This document shows, one piece after another, positions 62,992-64,000 of a stretch of DNA of 64,000 bases (the first letter of the stretch is position 1; each line of letters begins with the position of its first letter). This stretch comes from Candidatus Saccharimonadota bacterium (GTDB lineage Bacteria; Patescibacteriota; Saccharimonadia; Saccharimonadales; UBA4665), in the NCBI GenBank assembly GCA_028286245.1, contig JAQBRY010000002.1, positions 142,779 through 206,778 of the forward strand, read 5' to 3'. The position numbers and the translations under genes are program-made. The notes below the pieces were generated by a model, which worked only from the letters and a program-made list of their open reading frames with translations, was not told where the DNA came from and made no database searches.

Positions 62992-63606
62992 CTAAGAGTC
63001 ATTATCGACGCTAAGCGCCGACTTAATATCATCGTAGCTAAAACCCTGACGTGCTAAGTACTGCATAAGCTTAGTGTCATCTTGGTATTTAGATTGGCGG
63101 CGTTTGCGCTCTATGAGCGTGGTCAGCGCTGTCCTGTCATCAGACTCGTCATCTCGCAGCGCCGCTTCTATGGCATCGTTGGCCACGCGCTTTTTGCGTA
63201 GTTCGGCCTGCAGCTTACGCCGCGAGGTTGCACGTAGCAAGCGCCGGTCGCGTACAAAAGTCTCGGCAAACTTGTAGTCATCCAGCAGGCCAATAGCTTT
63301 AAGCTTTTCTATACTCTGTTCTATAAAACCCGGGGCTGCTTCTTTGCGTTGCATGTAAAATTCGGTCTCCCAAACACTGCGCTGGCGCATGGCAACATAA
63401 CGGAGGACCTTGTTATAGAGCTTGTCGTCTGCCGAAAGTTTTTTATAATCCTCTACCTGGCGAGTGTCCAGCTCCTGGCCGGAAGTAATTTGCGTCTGAA
63501 TTAAAACACTTTCCGACAGCGAAAAGCTGTACTCCCCTTCTACGAATACTGAGTACCTACCGGCAGTTTTTATTTGCTGCTTGATACTAGTAATTTTCAT
63601 GGGCAC
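62992..63606 (-). CDS. recX: recombination regulator RecX
   Basis: 204 aa of helical repeats. Lies immediately downstream of recA. Typical RecX features (YSVFVEGEYSFSL..., LRYVAMRQRSVWE, YLARQGFSYDDI). Confidence 0.85.
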   Translation of the reverse strand: MPMKITSIKQQIKTAGRYSVFVEGEYSFSLSESVLIQTQITSGQELDTRQVEDYKKLSADDKLYNKVLRYVAMRQRSVWETEFYMQRKEAAPGFIEQSIEKLKAIGLLDDYKFAETFVRDRRLLRATSRRKLQAELRKKRVANDAIEAALRDDESDDRTALTTLIERKRRQSKYQDDTKLMQYLARQGFSYDDIKSALSVDNDS

Positions 63607-63684
63607 TCCCTGCTTTCACGCAGCCTATTGGCCCAGCTCAATGGGAGTCGGGCCAAAGGCTTAGTAAAAGCTGCAAACATGGAT

Positions 63685-64000
63685 CTAGACTTTTGCATCT
63701 CCAGCGACGGAAGCAAGTGGTTTAACTACTGGGGCCTCTTTGGAGGCCTTGCTATCTTCGGCAGCGGCAGCTTTTTTAGCCTTTTCGGCTTTATCGGCAG
63801 CAGCAACTTCTGCATCGCTTGGTTTCTTCTCGGTGTCCATCACCTTAACGGCAATTTCTTCCATAACATCAGGGTTTTCTTGTAAGTACGCCTTAGAAGC
63901 TTCGCGGCCTTGGCCAATCTTGGCACCATTGTAGGCGTACCAGGCACCGGCTTTTTCGACAATGCCACGGGCGGCTGCCAGGTCTAGGATGTCACCTGAC
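63685..64000 (-). CDS. recA: recombinase RecA, C-terminal part (gene continues past right edge)
   Basis: Not in the track. Minus-strand translation reads SGDILDLAAARGIVEKAGAWYAYNGAKIGQGREASKAYLQENPDVMEEIAVKVM..., followed by a Lys/Ala-rich tail and a TAG stop at 63685-63687. Confidence 0.9.
   Translation of the reverse strand, partial: SGDILDLAAARGIVEKAGAWYAYNGAKIGQGREASKAYLQENPDVMEEIAVKVMDTEKKPSDAEVAAADKAEKAKKAAAAEDSKASKEAPVVKPLASVAGDAKV

Overview
This 64-kb window appears to come from a small-genome, monoderm bacterium using the standard genetic code, at roughly 50% GC. By gene content it resembles Patescibacteria/Saccharibacteria; that placement is inference only. About 60 CDS and 4 tRNAs can be supported. 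I found no rRNA, CRISPR array, transposase or integrase.

Housekeeping backbone:
- uvrA (partial), sbcB, obg, a LysM-CHAP hydrolase, mltG, ruvX, ftsA-like and mnmA.
- An HTH-fused murA, tRNA-Gly, tRNA-Arg, tRNA-His and tRNA-Pro, and rdgB.
- A P1B-type ATPase, topoisomerase IB, ymdB-rny, a sortase, tsaB, tsaE, recX and recA (partial).

Three accessory regions stand out:
1. A 5.3-kb AT-rich island (24181-29526) lies immediately downstream of tRNA-Arg(UCU). It is bounded by a perfect 18-bp direct repeat of the tRNA 3' end and has no integrase. Its core is a divergently transcribed pair: a PD-(D/E)xK nuclease-fold protein and an RNxxxH (HEPN) protein. Around them sit a small hydrophobic-segment protein, a RarA/MgsA C-terminal-like fragment, an orphan ORF and a degenerate methyltransferase. 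This is my best candidate for an undescribed defence system.
2. Two paralogous secreted-protein clusters (16.1-21.4 kb and 44.0-50.8 kb) resemble the WxL/Csc cell-surface clusters of Firmicutes. Each combines beta-rich secreted proteins with C-terminally membrane-anchored DUF916/DUF3324-like proteins. All five beta-rich proteins end in the same Y-x11-[FY]-COOH strand.
3. The second cluster runs without a strand switch into a 12-gene, 14.7-kb array. That array ends in two output-less membrane sensors, a histidine kinase and a receiver-only response regulator.

Many genes carry a -10-like hexamer 6-8 nt upstream of the ATG, which suggests widespread leaderless transcription. All functional calls rest on motifs I read in the translations. 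No database search was run.
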